DNA of 64,000 bases from Haliotis rufescens (GCF_023055435.1 NW_025964112.1:42718001-42782000), one strand, 5' to 3'; shown: positions 1-14,090, numbered from the stretch's first letter. The notes: a model not told the origin generated them from the letters alone. Numbers and translations are program-made.

Positions 1-2560
1 CCAACGGATATCGTTTTTATCCGTTGGCTTTATCCTGCCGAGAAACCTACCCATTATATGTTAATGTTTTTTATTGTCTTTAAACACCAGGTGGCACTGT
101 AATAAAATAATTTTCTTCTTCTTCATGTATTGCCATGCTTCATTCATCACGAAGCAGATTTACATACATTTGTGAATAGCACTTAAACTGTGATAATGAA
201 TTTTACCTTTGTCCATATTAACATAATAATATATACATATATACAAATCAGGACATGCATTTAATAAGTATTTACCAGGACAATCAAATCAAGCCCAAAA
301 CACGAAAAATACACATATATGGTCAGCGACCGTCATTATACAGCGAGAGGGGGGGATTCGTCTGCTCTAACTGCATTCACAAAAACATTCCAGCCCTTAA
401 TTACCGAGGCAGCTGTGACGTAGTAGCATTACATTCGCTGCGTTTGCAGCATATAAGATGTGTAATCTGTGGAGTAACTAAAGTAATAGTACGGCTGAAA
501 TCTTAGTTGCATGGTTGTTTTAATAGAAAATCTTACGTTTTAAAAACACAATTGTTCTTATATAATGTTTTTAGGTTTGGTTTATAAATACTAGAGAAGA
601 TTGTTTATACATATAAAACTAATCGAAAATACAGCTGAACAATAGAAAAATCAAAATAGGAGTTGTGAATAGTGACAAATTTTAATTACATCACTGTGTC
701 AATAATTATTGACTGATTCCGTCAAACAACTGTCAAACCATTTATTGCCATGTACGTACATGTACACAGGAAGTCGGCGCTGTCCGAGGTAAATAAACAT
801 CGTGGTTTTATGACGGGAGATCAGACAAACCGTGAACCAGGGGCATGCGACGTAATTACAACTAAAGGTGGTAGAACCAGGGTATTTTCTCTTCAACGGG
901 CTAATTGACCGTACATATAATTGGTAACTATATTGGTTTTGACACCCGTCTTTCATGCGCATCCCGGCTCATAAGCACAATACAGATAAATGAGGCCCCG
1001 TGATCAGCGGGGCGTGAGCAACATGGTTGCCGCCTTTCGGCCGTACCGATCAGTCAAGTTGCGATCTCGGTACTGCTCGCCCGATTGAATCCAATTGCAA
1101 GCGGAGACAAGATTACTTCCCTTACCCAAACATGCTCGTTGCTCAGAAATGTTCAAATCTATCTTCAGTTAATCATGAAATTAATGCGAGCATGACATTT
1201 ATGCGAAACTTGAATGCGTTCGTCAGTCCCTCTGATTATTTTACTATGTTTCATTTCATCATGATACAAAAGTTAGTCACTTATATATATACCTTCAATG
1301 TATTCTCTCATCACTCAGCCAAACAGCGATATAACTGCAAATAAACCAATCAAGTGCGCTAAAGTATTACACATGGTGGGTGGAGGACCAGGGGCACTTT
1401 GAGTTGACAGGTGTCATCAACTGGTCAAGTAACATCACGGTTTGTATATTCACGTTGATTGGACAGTCTAGACTGGCGCCAACTAATCATGACGGCATCT
1501 TCAGAACAGACCAGAACTTTATTTCTCCCAGGTTAAGGCCTACGCGGGTAACGGTGAATTTTGTTTTAGTGATAGCACATTTTTAATTCAATCTAATATA
1601 CTTTCCTTGATTGATTATATGACTGCGGTCGTAGATCCGGATGTATCTAAATATGCTCAGTAAATACACAGGATTTATTGTTATACTATTAGGATTAATA
1701 GATACAATTGAGTATTTATACCCTTGATCATAAAGTTAGTCACTACTTTTATTTTCACATGTTCAATTTGTATGATTTGGGTTATGATTAAATTGACAAA
1801 ATAAGAAATCATTCCGTGTATATGTGTATTATATATTGTACCCCAATACGTAATTAAATTGTGTATAAATAAGGACACTAGGTTAATTACTGTAATTGAT
1901 TATTTGATAAACATATTAACCTTTAGTTGCGTAATATGTCACGGAGGTAAAGCTAATTCATAACAACTAATTGTCACATTTTTTTGTCTTCTATCTTTTA
2001 TATGAAACAAATGCTATAACATGGGGTGATAAACTTCATTGGCAATAGACGTAGCAAATAATTGTCCGCATGAACAGTCTACTCTGTTCCAGATATGTTT
2101 ATTCATTTTGTCAGCATTTAAATCGTTGCATTCCTGACTCAATGATTCATTTGACGAAATCTTGTTTCCTGTTTTGAATTACCGTCAGATAGTTCCAGAC
2201 CAATTTCCTGCCCTATGTGTTGCGCATGGTTATGGGCCGGAAGAGCGAAACATAGCCATAATCAACTCTAAAATCTCTTCGCTTTCGCGAAGCTACAGTA
2301 AGACTGGTCACGCTACAGTAAACACGGGATATTGCTATACCGGGACTCTCAAATTACAAGAAAAACACAGAAATGCGTATACCGTAATTACAGTAGTAAT
2401 TTATTAGATGCTGAAGTATAGTATAGTTGCACAAAAGTACTTTACATTTAACAAATTTAATAACTCTAATACTTTAATATTTCATAGATGTACATAATAC
2501 ATAAATACATTCTATAATAAATTTGCGGTTGCACTGGCATACACGCTGTGTTCAAGTCAT

Positions 2561-3006
2561 TCACTCCAAGTGGATCAGGTCACCAACGTGATCTGTGTAC
2601 TCAACGTCCCCGATGACGTTGTTGACGAGATTGTCTTTCAGAGCCTGAAAACGGTTGTCAATCAGCCGGTATCTTCTCTTTCTGGGTGGTGCTGACCAGT
2701 GGGCTCCAATTCGTTGAATGACGACTTCTACGTTGGATTGTTCTCTTTGAAATAGCGTAACAACTTCAAAAATGTTCGGACGGCTCTTCCTGGCAAGTTT
2801 GTTGAGTTTGGGATTCCACCCCTCGACGGAATTGTTAGTGCGATGCCCTTGGTTACCAAAATGGTTCCAGATCTCAGGTCCGAATTGGCGTCCTTCCACC
2901 CACGTTGTCGTGACGTAGTCCATGAAGGCTGCGACCTTGGGACCCGCAAGTGCTGACCACCTCGCACGGTATCAACCATGGTCACTCGAACTTGTGCATT
3001 AGCCAT
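2561..3006 (-). mobile_element. Internally deleted MULE (Mutator-like) transposase remnant
   Basis: C-terminal MULE-type motif WNH..GHRTNNSVEGWN.KLN..RPNIFEVV is joined out of frame to an N-terminus MANAQVRVTMVDTVRGGQHL. The catalytic core is absent. Confidence 0.75.
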
Positions 3007-3221
3007 TTTGGACATAGATAAATAAGTTGCAATCTTTATATATACCATCAAATACATACTGTATGTATTCTTAAGAAACGACTCTCCTCTAAACCCATCG
3101 GTATCATAACCCATATCAACTAAGAAACTAATTGTTTGTTCAATTAAGAAACTGATCATCTCTTCTCCTGTGTTTAAACATCCAACTGTATTATTTTTTT
3201 TACGAAACGACTCTCTAGTAA

Positions 3222-3260
3222 ATCTCCTCTCCTCTCCTCTCCTCTCCTCTCCTCTCCTCT
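3222..3260. repeat. (CTCCT)n microsatellite
   Basis: Seen directly. Confidence 0.95.
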
Positions 3261-3989
3261 GTTTGTAACAGCACGGGCGCTAATCTAAACTACGGTAATC
3301 CGGTGTTTTTATAGCAATTACTCATTTTCGCCTTCGTGGGACAAATACCCCAACTTGGGTTTTCGCTTTACTGATACTAGAGAAAATTGGATTTTCGCTA
3401 ACCCGGCACGACACCGTTGCGCATAATTCTGAGATAATTCGAAGTTCATATTCTTGTACGAACACTTATCAAAATTCATTTATACCTAGTACTATTATGT
3501 AAATATGTATATTAGTTCAAATTATAATAATGAGGCCCTTTATTCTCGAAACGGTCTTTGTTCTACGACAACCGTAAGTCGGTATGGGAAAACAAAATAT
3601 TTGTTTATTTGTTCAAAGTTCGTAGTCAATGTCATATGATTATAGACAAGGAAGATAAGAAATTAAATATAAAGAGTAGCCACTTTAAATGACAGAAATT
3701 CATTTAGTTAAATTTGCTCATGATTTGGCCTTTTCGTGGTAAATAGTGCCAAAATACTCTTAATTATTTACTTTCATGTCATTACTAATCTCACATAAGG
3801 TCAAACGTTGTACAACGTTTAACAGATATGATTATGACATGTTGTATCTAAACATATCCAAACTTATCCAAACAAATCCAAACAAATCCAAGCTTGGAAA
3901 TTTGGCCTTGACAAATTTTGGAATGGTCATATTTCCATTTGGAATGGTGGTATTTCCAAGTTTTGGATTGTTTGGAATGGATGATATTT

Positions 3990-4900
3990 TGTCCAGTGAT
4001 TGATTGGAGGTCTGAGGTGTTTCTAAGACTGTAATCACTGCGAGCGTTAACTTTGCCTTGGATAAGGCTGCAGAGAAAAGCTGGTGCTAAATTATATACC
4101 ATTTTGTTGAATAATGATAAAGATTGATTCTTGTGCTTTAGCGATAATGGTCTCAGATTTCGCCACGATTTCGCAATCAGAGATTTCAATCAGATCACTG
4201 ATTGACAGACAGGTGGCGGCGTTTTCTAATAACGGAGGGCACATCGTCAGCACAAAGTCTAAAATTACTATTTCTATTATTAACCAAATCACTGATGCAA
4301 ATCAGGATCAGCAGCGGACCAAGTAAAGACCCTTGTGGTACTCCAGCCAGTACAAAGTTTAATTTGGAATTAAATTTTTAAAATAAATACTCTGTGTTTT
4401 CCATCCATTAAATAACTTTCAAACAATTTTAATAATGTTCCTTTTATACCATTAGCCTCTTGTTTGTTTTTCTGATCCACGGTGCCAGACCTTATCAAAA
4501 GCTTTACTTATATCATCAAAAAATGCTCTTACTTCTTTACCATCATCAACGGCTTTAAGAATAAAGTCCTGCAAATAGATCAGTTGATTATTCGTTGAAT
4601 CTCCAGGAATAAAACCAGACTGGATAATACTTAGAAATTCATTATCTCTAAGAAAGTTGAATACATATTTAAAAACACCTTTTTCTGGAACTTTGGCAGC
4701 AGCTTGTGGGTGCAATAGATATGTAATGAGATCAATTCTTTTTCGTTTGCACTACCCATCTGGTGATCAGGAGTTATAAGTGCTTCCTCCCAGGTTGTGG
4801 GGAATTTGGTTGACTGTAATGATATATTTAACAGTGTAGTTAGGGGTTTCGATATTATTATACTTTTAGCTGACTGTCAATGATCCTGTTACTTATGCCA
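3990..4900 (-). mobile_element. CR1/L2-like LINE ORF2 (RT) fragment, degenerate
   Basis: QSGFIPGDSTNNQL..DISKAFDKVWHRG, GVPQGS at about 4330-4345, and C-terminal LFNKMVYNLAPAFL..YSLRN, with frameshifts and deletions. Confidence 0.85.
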
Positions 4901-4936
4901 TCATGTCCAACCACCTTAGTTGTACCAACTGAAAGT

Positions 4937-5163
4937 AGTGAGTGAGTTGGTTTTAACGCCGCTTTTAACAGTATTCCAGTCACATCACGGCGTGTCAGCT
5001 TAATGTGGGAGAAAAGCCCCAAGTGATGCAGGTCTCAGACGTTTACCACATCGGTGAAACTCACGAGAACGGGTATGGTGCTGACAAACCTAGAAACATA
5101 ATAGGGGCGAACCGGGATTCGAACCCACAATCATAGGTTTCTGCCGTGCCCAAGGGATGCAAC
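4937..5163 (-). mobile_element. SINE family B (tRNA head, V-domain-like), 5'-truncated
   Basis: B box GGTTCGAATCCC, CTTTTCTCCCACA core and (ACTC)n tail; matches the other B copies. Confidence 0.85.
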
Positions 5164-6259
5164 AAAATGGCGGCTCCAAGTCAAGACGATCTGATCGATA
5201 TTCAAAATCTTTATTGCGATAAAACGGGTCTTACTTCGCGAAATGAATCAAATCAGGTGAGCACCATCATTAGGAACATGAAGAGATTTAGGAAATATGT
5301 GTTGACGCCGAATTTGCGGCACACATATTTTGCACACCCAGCGATCGACAGTTAGGGGTTCGTTTAATTAACACATGTACAGTGTTATGTATAAGATTAA
5401 ATTAACAGCCGTAGAAGGTGAGAGGGCGTCCGTGGTTCCTAATCGCTATTTCCATTCTGTTTGGTCTGTCACACGCCACCCATTGAACTGAATCACAGAA
5501 AATGTATTATCACGTTTTGCTGGGGATTCTCGACTTGCATCAATCGAGTATCTTCACAATTAGGTGGGACAGATCGATATGCCTCTCATTTCTATGGATT
5601 TACTCTACAATGGTAAATGAATGTCCAATTGTCGATACCCCTGTAATCTGTAGAGAAGCCTCAGTCAGACGCAAAGGGCTGTTCAAAATAAGCATGATTA
5701 TGGTGTAAGGAATAATAAATTAAGGCAATTCTTTTCTGTACAATAGTTTGGTTTGTTTAATTTTCTGATGTCAGTACGTGGTTCAAACAACATTGACATT
5801 AGGTGGAGCAATAAACCGCATAATAGGTACAACAGGTACACGCTGGAATTAAAGGAGATGCACAAGAGTTAGTCCTTAGTTACGTAAACATTAATAACTT
5901 ACTTACTAAATAGTGGAACAAGTATATTTGTAATAATGGCTATAATACCTTTGATGGTGATTTTGTTTTGTTACACTTATTAATACTAAGCGCCTGGTGG
6001 TATTCGAAACCGGTTCGAAACTGATCCAATGTGTCCAGATATCATTACCTCACTGTTTGAATTCTCTTGTGAATACAGGGGACGTTCCGACTTGGTTGTG
6101 CAAAGGTCGAACAATACTTCTCCAAATGTAAGGTGATTTTTCTGACCCTAAAAACTTCCGCCCTATTTTGTTGTCTGATACACAGTACAAAGTATTTACA
6201 GGGTGTCTTAGAGATATTGTGTCATCATACTGCGCTTCCAATGGCATTATTTACATGGA

Positions 6260-7150
6260 ACAGAAATTGATGTTGGGGTTGTATGGTTCAATTGCTGGTT
6301 CAGAAAATGGTCCTTGAAGAGGCTAAAACTTACCTTCGTAACCTATCAATGTGTCGGATAGACGACAGAAAAGCTTATGATTCTGTACATCACGAATGGA
6401 TTTTGAAGTCACTGGAATGTATTGACCTCCCCGAGCAACTACTTGTTTTACTCAAGTCTTTAGTGAATTGTTGGTCAACTCAACTTGGGATGTATTCGCA
6501 GGGGCGGGTGGTGACTTCGGAACCAATGTTTATAAGAAGAGGAATACTTTACTAGCACAGATCTACATCACCTCTTACTCACCTCCTTTACATGGATGAC
6601 CTTGAACTTCATGTTTGTTCATTTTTCACCGGAAACGTGGCAAGGTAGAAGAGGGTAAGTCAGTTTACCTGGGGGAGGAGTTATTGATCATCTCATGGTC
6701 AGGCGCATACGTTCTTCGGGATGCAGATAAGGGACAACTCCAGAATGCCCATATCAAGGAGAAACTTGGTACAGAGTACAAATGTTCTTGAGTTCAGAGC
6801 TGAACGCTCGCAATAAAGTCAATGCCACAAATACATTTGCTGTACCAATCCTTTCGTATTCTTTCAGTGTTGTTGATTGGGCGAAACAAGGAATTCAGGG
6901 TATTGATGCCCTCACACGAAAAATCATGTCAGACAATAGATCCCACCACCCTCGCTCTTCCCTCAAACGCTTATATCTACCATTATATTGGGAGGGTGTG
7001 GTTTGATTTACGTGGCGGCTCTTCGTGATTGAATTGTATTGTGGACTATTGCACACATTTATTTATCTGACGATCATCTTGTGAGCCATGTCAAGACTCA
7101 TGATGAAAACAAGGCATTCCATAGTTTTCTGAAACAATTCCATCTGTGGC
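6260..7150 (+). mobile_element. R4/Dong-like non-LTR retrotransposon RT fragment
   Basis: IDDRKAYDSVHHEWI, IRRGI, HLLYMDDL, SELNARNKVNATNTFAVPILSYSF, RLYLP; stops and frameshifts. Confidence 0.8.
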
Positions 7151-8073
7151 AAGAACTTTTGCCGACGTCACAGGCTGTCTTCAGGGCCATCCGTGCCACG
7201 CTTAAACTCTGCTGCCCTGTGGTGGCATAGGACAGGATATCCTTCCCTGGTGCTGTGCTCATATTTTCATGATGGATTTTGATGTTAAGCCCTTTTCCGC
7301 AACAGTCAACAGAAACTATACCTCTCAGTTGATTTCATCATATGATTGATTTTCATTTGAAATTGTTTTCTGACGTGACCTGTAACGGGATGTCCCTAGA
7401 TCTTTGTTTAGCGGAGGCGAGCTCAAAGATCTGATTTTAATGAGATCGATATCATGTCTGAAGAGAAACTAAGAATAACTGCAAGTTCTCAGTTATGTGA
7501 ACATGTCCAATAATTCAACAATATTTCAATCAATAAAAGCGACAAAACATCGTCATAAATATATTTGCAAAACACACAGCCCATTGTACAATCCTGGGGT
7601 ATATCGTAACGTTTTTATGAATAATCATTAAGAATGGTGGTACAAGGTGTATTGCATCACTAGAAATGTGACATTATCAAATATGTCAATATATGTAAAG
7701 TGTAAATTGAAACACGCAGACATACAGTGAAATCTCGAAATCATTCGGATTAACAGAGTTTCGTAAATTTCTCTTATATATGCGCTGCTTTACAAACGGG
7801 ATTTCACGTTTATATCTCCATAAACGGAAACAATATGATATTCAACAATACGAAATCAGTGATTTTTGCGCAATAATGCACATAGCACAGTCCATTATAT
7901 TATCAGCCAATCAGTAAACAGTGTTCCGCTAGTGGGCTTGGCTAAATATTTACCTGTTGAAGGAAACATGAAATTACTTGCTTAGCACATAAAATGCCAC
8001 AGGATCACTTGCAATTATATACGGATTGACAAAGATGAGAGAATTGAGCACCAAAAGTAGCATGTCTAAAATT

Positions 8074-8278
8074 ATAAGAGGCGACTAACGGGATCGGGTG
8101 GTCAGGCTCGCTGACTTGGTTGATACATGTCATCGTATCTCAATTGCGTGGATCGATGCTCATGGTGTCAGTCCCCTGATTGTCTGGGAAAGACTCGATT
8201 ATTTACAGGCCGCCGTCATATAGCTGGAATATTGCTGAGTGTGGCGTAAAACAAATAAACAAACAAACAATCAACCAA
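8074..8278 (+). mobile_element. SINE family D, 5'-truncated
   Basis: TAAGAGGCGACTAACGGGATCGGGTGGTCAGG...GCTGGAATATTGCTGAG tail, (AAAC)n. Confidence 0.85.
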
Positions 8279-8789
8279 GTCACATAGCATGAACACCCGA
8301 TCCATTGAGTCGCCTCTAACTACCAGTAAAGGTTGTTGTGGAGCAATTCTTACCAGGAATCCACACGGGACACAACTGTGAGATCCATTATTATACTAAT
8401 ATGGATATGAAAGGATCTGTCATGTTAAAAACGTCGAAGCGGACAGGAAACAATACTATCTATCAACACTACGCCATAGAAAGTATGTTCATTTCTGTGA
8501 AATGTTTAATTTCGATTTCGTGTGTGATACAGTTGTCTGAATTTCGTTTTTGCATCGACAATTCGTAATATAATGAAAAACATGAAAATAACATTGATTT
8601 TTTCGTCTTTCGTGAAACTGAAAAGGCACTGTCCAGGATTAACATGGATAAGTACAGTGTATCCCATTATTCAAAAGTAATTGAAGCCAAATCTATTCAC
8701 AAACATTCAGTGTCAGGACTTGATAGTACCAGTCCTACATGTAAATGTAGGAAACGCCCTCAGGGGCGACGATGATGTCAGATGAAGTA

Positions 8790-9075
8790 GTGAGTGAGTG
8801 AGTTGGGTTTAACGCCGCTGTCAACAGTTTTCCAGACATATCGCGGCGTGTCAGCTTAATGTGGGAGGAAAGCCCGAAGTGATACAGGTCTCAGACGTTT
8901 GCCACTTCGGTGAAACTCACGAGAACGGGTATGGTGCTGACAATGACAAACCTAGAAACATAATAGGGGCGAACCGGGATTCGAACCCACAATCATAGGT
9001 TTTTGGGGTGCCCAAGGGACGCAACTCTGCACAGTGAATCGCGGCGCCTTAGGCGACTTGGCCACCCATGCCCCC
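8790..9075 (-). mobile_element. SINE family B, full length
   Basis: tRNA-like head; TSD TCAGATGAAGTA/TCAAATGAAGTA. Confidence 0.9.
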
Positions 9076-9764
9076 TCAAATGAAGTATACGAACAGCCTC
9101 TCAACCACGTCAATCAATTGGACTGTCGCCATAGTATCGACATAACCATCTGGGCATACTCTGTACGATCTGGAAGCACATATGGCCGCCAATACATGGG
9201 TAGCCGTCTCTTTTGATTTTCTTATCGTGCAAACCTACATGTTGTTTCTAATGTTAGCTGTATATAAATAACTGTATTTACTTGCAATTGCAGTTTTGTT
9301 GGTGTTTGAAATAAGTCTTGATTACAACTAAACAAGAACGTTTATTCCAAATTGTAAATAACATATAGGGGCTGATTGGACACAAAGCCTAAATTGTATA
9401 CATTATTAGATATATTCTAATTATATATCTTATATAGTTTTATTATGTAAAAAGTTGTGTTGAGTAATCAGAAGTGTTTATTCAGAAAATATGATAAAAT
9501 GGAATTTTGACACTGATCATTAAAGTAAAAAGTATCAGTACATAGGTAAAACTAAGGTACATCTATAACGAAAAGATGACCCTCGTTGTGGAACCCTGCC
9601 TTTCAGCGACCAACTGAGGTCAAAGGCGTGAAGGCATCAAATGCAACAGTGACGGTAACCACAGTTACAGTAAAGCAATCGCACCATTCCATTGGGAGTA
9701 CCAAAGCGAGCACACAGCAATGCATCATTAGAGAGTGGTTCTTCATCTGTTGCAGGTTCTCGGT

Positions 9765-9955
9765 ATGAATGTTTCTACAGTGGATGAAGTGGCGGTGGTT
9801 GTGGATACCAGAACTACTACTGAGATTGTGCTGGAACTAGGATCTCTAGCCGCCGTTAGCGTTGTCGGCATTGCCGGCAACAGCCTCGTCATTGCCGCAA
9901 TTGCATCATGCAAAGATCTGAAGACGACTTCAAATGGTTTCATTTTCAATCTGGG
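9765..9955 (+). CDS. Class A GPCR (melatonin receptor/moody-like), coding exon 1
   Basis: MNVS N-glycosylation site, TM1 GIAGNSLVI, start of TM2 FIFNL; phase-2 donor GG|GTATGT; acceptor at 9755 implies an upstream exon. Confidence 0.9.
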
Positions 9956-10007
9956 GTATGTATTATTGGCGCATCAAAATATAAGCAATTATGTATTTGT
10001 TAGCTAG

Positions 10008-10158
10008 GGAAGCTCCTATCTGCCATGGTTAAAATTATATTTATTTACTTCCCTAGCCATACTACCACGATGAGTAAATTATAGCGAAGAATATAGCGAA
10101 GTGAAGCTTATTGCGAGGGAACGTAATACGCTTTTCACCTTGACAGATAGGAGCTTCC
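10008..10158. mobile_element. Short foldback/MITE-like element
   Basis: Inverted termini GGAAGCTCCTATCTGCCATGGT / ACCTTGACAGATAGGAGCTTCC. Confidence 0.65.
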
Positions 10159-10202
10159 GAAATTTAGCTCTAACACATTGAATTTCTAAAATCGGTTCAA
10201 GA

Positions 10203-11330
10203 CATTGTGATCAAGACAACATAATCTTGAACATGACAATATGCTTCGAATGGCTCTATTGTGATCAAGGCAACATGAATTTGGACTTGATTATATGCTC
10301 TGAATGTTCTATTGTGATCAAGGCCACATGATCTTGAACTTGACAATATGATCTGTATGTTCTATTGTGATCAAGGCAACATAATCTTGGACATGACAAG
10401 GTGCTTTGAATGCTCTAATGTGATCAAGGCAACATGACCTTGGACTTGATTATATGCTCTGAATGTTCTATTGTGATCAAGGCAGCATGATCTTGAACTT
10501 GACTATATACTCTGAATGCTCTATTGTGATAAAGGCAATATTATCTTTGACTTGACTATATGCTCTGTATGTTCTATTGTGATCAAGGCAACATAATCTT
10601 CGACATGACAATATGCATTGAATGCTCTATTGTTACCAAGGCAACATGATCTTAGACTTGATTATATGCTCTGGATGCTCTATTTGGATTAAGGCAACAT
10701 GATCTTGAGCTTGATTATATGCTCTGAATGCTCTATTGTGATCAAGGCAACATGGACTTGGACTTGTCTATATGCTCTATTGTGATCAAGGCAACATGAT
10801 CCTGGACTTGATTATATGCTCTGAATGCTTTATTGTGATCAAGGCAACATGGACTTGGACTTGTCTATATGCTCTGAATGCTCTATTGTGATCAAGGCAA
10901 TATTATATTTGACTTGACTATATGCTCTGTATGTTCTATTGTGATCAAGGCAACATGATCTTGGACATGAAATATGCTCTGAATGCTCTATTGTGATCAA
11001 GGCAGCATGATCTTGAACTTGACTATATACTCTGAATGCTCTATTGTGATAAAGGCAATATTATCTTTGACTTGACTATATGCTCTGTATGTTCTATTGT
11101 GATCAAGGCAACATAATCTTCGACATGACAATATGCTTTGAATGCTCTTTTGTGATCAAGGCAACATGATCTTAGACTTGATTATATGCTTTGAATGCTC
11201 TATTGTGATCAAGGCAACATGATCTTGGACTTGACTATATGCTCTAAATGCTCTATTGTGATCAAGGCAACATGATCTTAGACTTGATTATATGCTCAGA
11301 ATGCTCTATTGGGATCAAGGCGATATGGAC
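10203..11330. repeat. 53-bp minisatellite, about 21 copies, in GPCR intron 1
   Basis: Unit CTATTGTGATCAAGGCAACATGATCTTGGACTTGACTATATGCTCTGAATGCT. Confidence 0.95.
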
Positions 11331-12676
11331 ATTATACAAAACGAATTAGTAACGCAGGACTCAATGGATTTCTCTCTGCAGCATCCGCAAACGATTCTAT
11401 TTAACTGTTATTTACATTGTCTGAAAATATGGAAATATAGCATGGTGTATTAGCTGTAGCATCATAGCATACAGTTGACATAACTGGCAGTGTGTATTAT
11501 TCCAGCATTAACACGTGATCAACATTGCATAGCAATGCATCTAAGATCATCAAAGATAACAATATATATACTCCTCTGGGAGCTTAGAATGAAAATATGT
11601 GTGCACACCGATCCGAGGGCTGCAGTAATAATAACGTAGAGCCATGAACATATACTTGAGTGCAATTTGGCACTTTTATTTTTAAACTCGATATGTAAAA
11701 CACCCCCCTTAACATAGAAGGTAATTCATTTAAAGAAATGTCATTACATTGGATTTTGGCATTATTTTGCGATAAGCATACCAAGAGGTGTACCTAATTA
11801 ACCCATTAGAGCGATTACCAGCCTACTCACATAATAGCATGATATCGCAACATAACCCTTTCTGATCATCTGAAAAATCGGCTGCAAATGTATGAAGGTA
11901 AATTACACTCTCCAATTTTTATAATAGAAAAAAAAAGAAAAAAAGAGAAAGCACACACACTAAACGCAAAAACAACATCGTCCCTCCCCAAACAATTAAA
12001 CAAACAAATCACACAAACCAAACATTATTTTCTGAAAACAAAGAAAAAAAAGGAAATAAATTATAAAGAAATGCAAATAAAACAAAAAAACTGAAGAAAA
12101 ATTGCTCAAGAAAAACCTACATACAACCCCCCCCCCCCCCAGTAACAGCAACAGCAAAAAATAAAACAAGGCTATGCCGGGTTTTATAATATTGTAATTA
12201 CTCTATCCTCCTCATTGTCAGCTCGTATGACAGACAAGCTTGCCTTACTGTGGACCCATTGTGCCCGGAATCACCACAGGGTGAAATCGATGTACTGAGG
12301 AAGACAAGAAAATGCGCTTCGAATTATGACCAGTGACATAAGTGTTTTGTTTTGGAGAATAATGCAAGTCTTATGTCATCTTTCAAACCAAGGCTATCTG
12401 TTCCATGGCAACACTTCGTCGTGAAGCTACGAGTACCCAACGGCGCTTTAGAACTATCGGATAACCCGTTGAACCACATACTTTACCCTGGTTAAAGAAT
12501 TAGTTGCTCGTCAGGCGACGTTAACATTACAAATCTTTAATGCATTGTACGATTGTACTTGTCGAACACTTGTGCGTTATTGAAGACATCATGTATTATG
12601 TTCATTGGTGAATGTAATCGTGTCATGTAATAGATGCCTAGAAGAAGTATGAAACAGATCACAAACATAATTAATG

Positions 12677-14090
12677 TCTTCAGTCACTCTGGTTGGTGCT
12701 GACTCTCCACCGTCAGTCACTCTGATTGGTATTGATACTCCACCGTCACTCACTCTGGTTCGTACTGACTCTCCACCGTCAGTCACTCTGGTTCGTACTG
12801 ACTCTCAACCGTCAGTCACTCTGGTTCGTACTGACTCTCCACCGTCAGTCACTCTGGTTCGTACTGACTCTCCACCGTCAGTCACTCTGGTTCGTACTGA
12901 CTCTCCACCGTCAGTCACTCTGGTTCGTACTGACTCTCCACCGTCAGTCACTCTGGTTCGTACTGACTCTCCACCGTCAGTCACTCTGGTTCGTACTGAC
13001 TCTCCACCGTCAGTCACTCTGGTTCGTACTGACTCTCCACCGTCAGTCACTCTGGTTCGTACTGACTCTCCACCGTCAGTCACTCTGGTTCGTACTGACT
13101 CTCCACCGTCAGTCACTCTGGTTCGTACTGACTCTCAACCGTCAGTCACTCTGGTTCGTACTGACTCTCGACCGTCAGTCACTCTGGTTCGTACTGACTC
13201 TCCACCGTCAGTCACTCTGGTTCGTACTGACTCTCCACCGTCAGTCACTCTGGTTCGTACTGACTCTCCACCGTCAGTCACTCTGGTTCTTACTGACTCT
13301 CCACCGTCAGTCACTCTGGTTCGTACTGACTCTCAACCGTCAGTCACTCTGGTTCGTACTGACTCTCAACCGTCAGTCACTCTGGTTCGTACTGACTCTC
13401 AACCGTCAGTCACTCTGGTTCGTACTGACTCTCAACCGTCAGTCACTCTGGTTCGTACTGACACTCCACCGTCAGTCACTCTGGTTCTTACTGACTCTCC
13501 ACCGTCAGTCACTCTGGTTCGTACTGACTCTCAACCGTCAGTCACTCTGGTTCGTACTGACTCTCCACCGTCAGTCACTCTGGTTCGTACTGACTCTCAA
13601 CCGTCAGTCACTCTGGTTCGTACTGACTCTCAACCGTCAGTCACTCTGGTTCGTACTGACTCTCCATCGTCAGTCACTCTGGTTCGTAGTGACTCTCCAC
13701 CATCAGTCACTCTGGTTCGTACTGAATCTCCATCGTCAGTCATTCTGGCTTGTGCTGACTCTCCGCTGTCAGTCATTCTGACTTGTGCTGACTCTCCACT
13801 GTTGGTCACTCTGGGTCATAATGACACTCCACCGTCAGTCATTCTGGCTTGTGCTGACTCGCCGCTGTCAGTCATTCTGGGTCATGATGACGCTCCACTG
13901 TCATTCACTCTGGTTGGTACTGACAATCCACTGTCAGTCATTCTGGGTCATAATGACACTCCACTGTCATTCACTCTGGGACGTACTGATACTCAACTGT
14001 CAGTCACTCTTGTAGATAATGGTACTCCGCTGTTATAGTCAGTATAGTTCGAATTCATATTTCAAGGTCAGTCATTCTGGTCATGTACCC
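12677..14090. repeat. 33-bp minisatellite, about 43 copies, in GPCR intron 1
   Basis: Unit GTCAGTCACTCTGGTTCGTACTGACTCTCCACC; homogeneous core with degenerate ends. Confidence 0.97.

Noticed and set aside
255-2407. Short ORFs here and most other 60-120 aa ORFs in the track
   Set aside because: No recognisable motifs or splice-consistent partners. Many overlap repeats or are antisense to real exons.
12674-14038. 454-aa and 351-aa repeat ORFs as genes
   Set aside because: They are by-products of a stop-free 33-bp unit, open in several frames and lying inside a GPCR intron.
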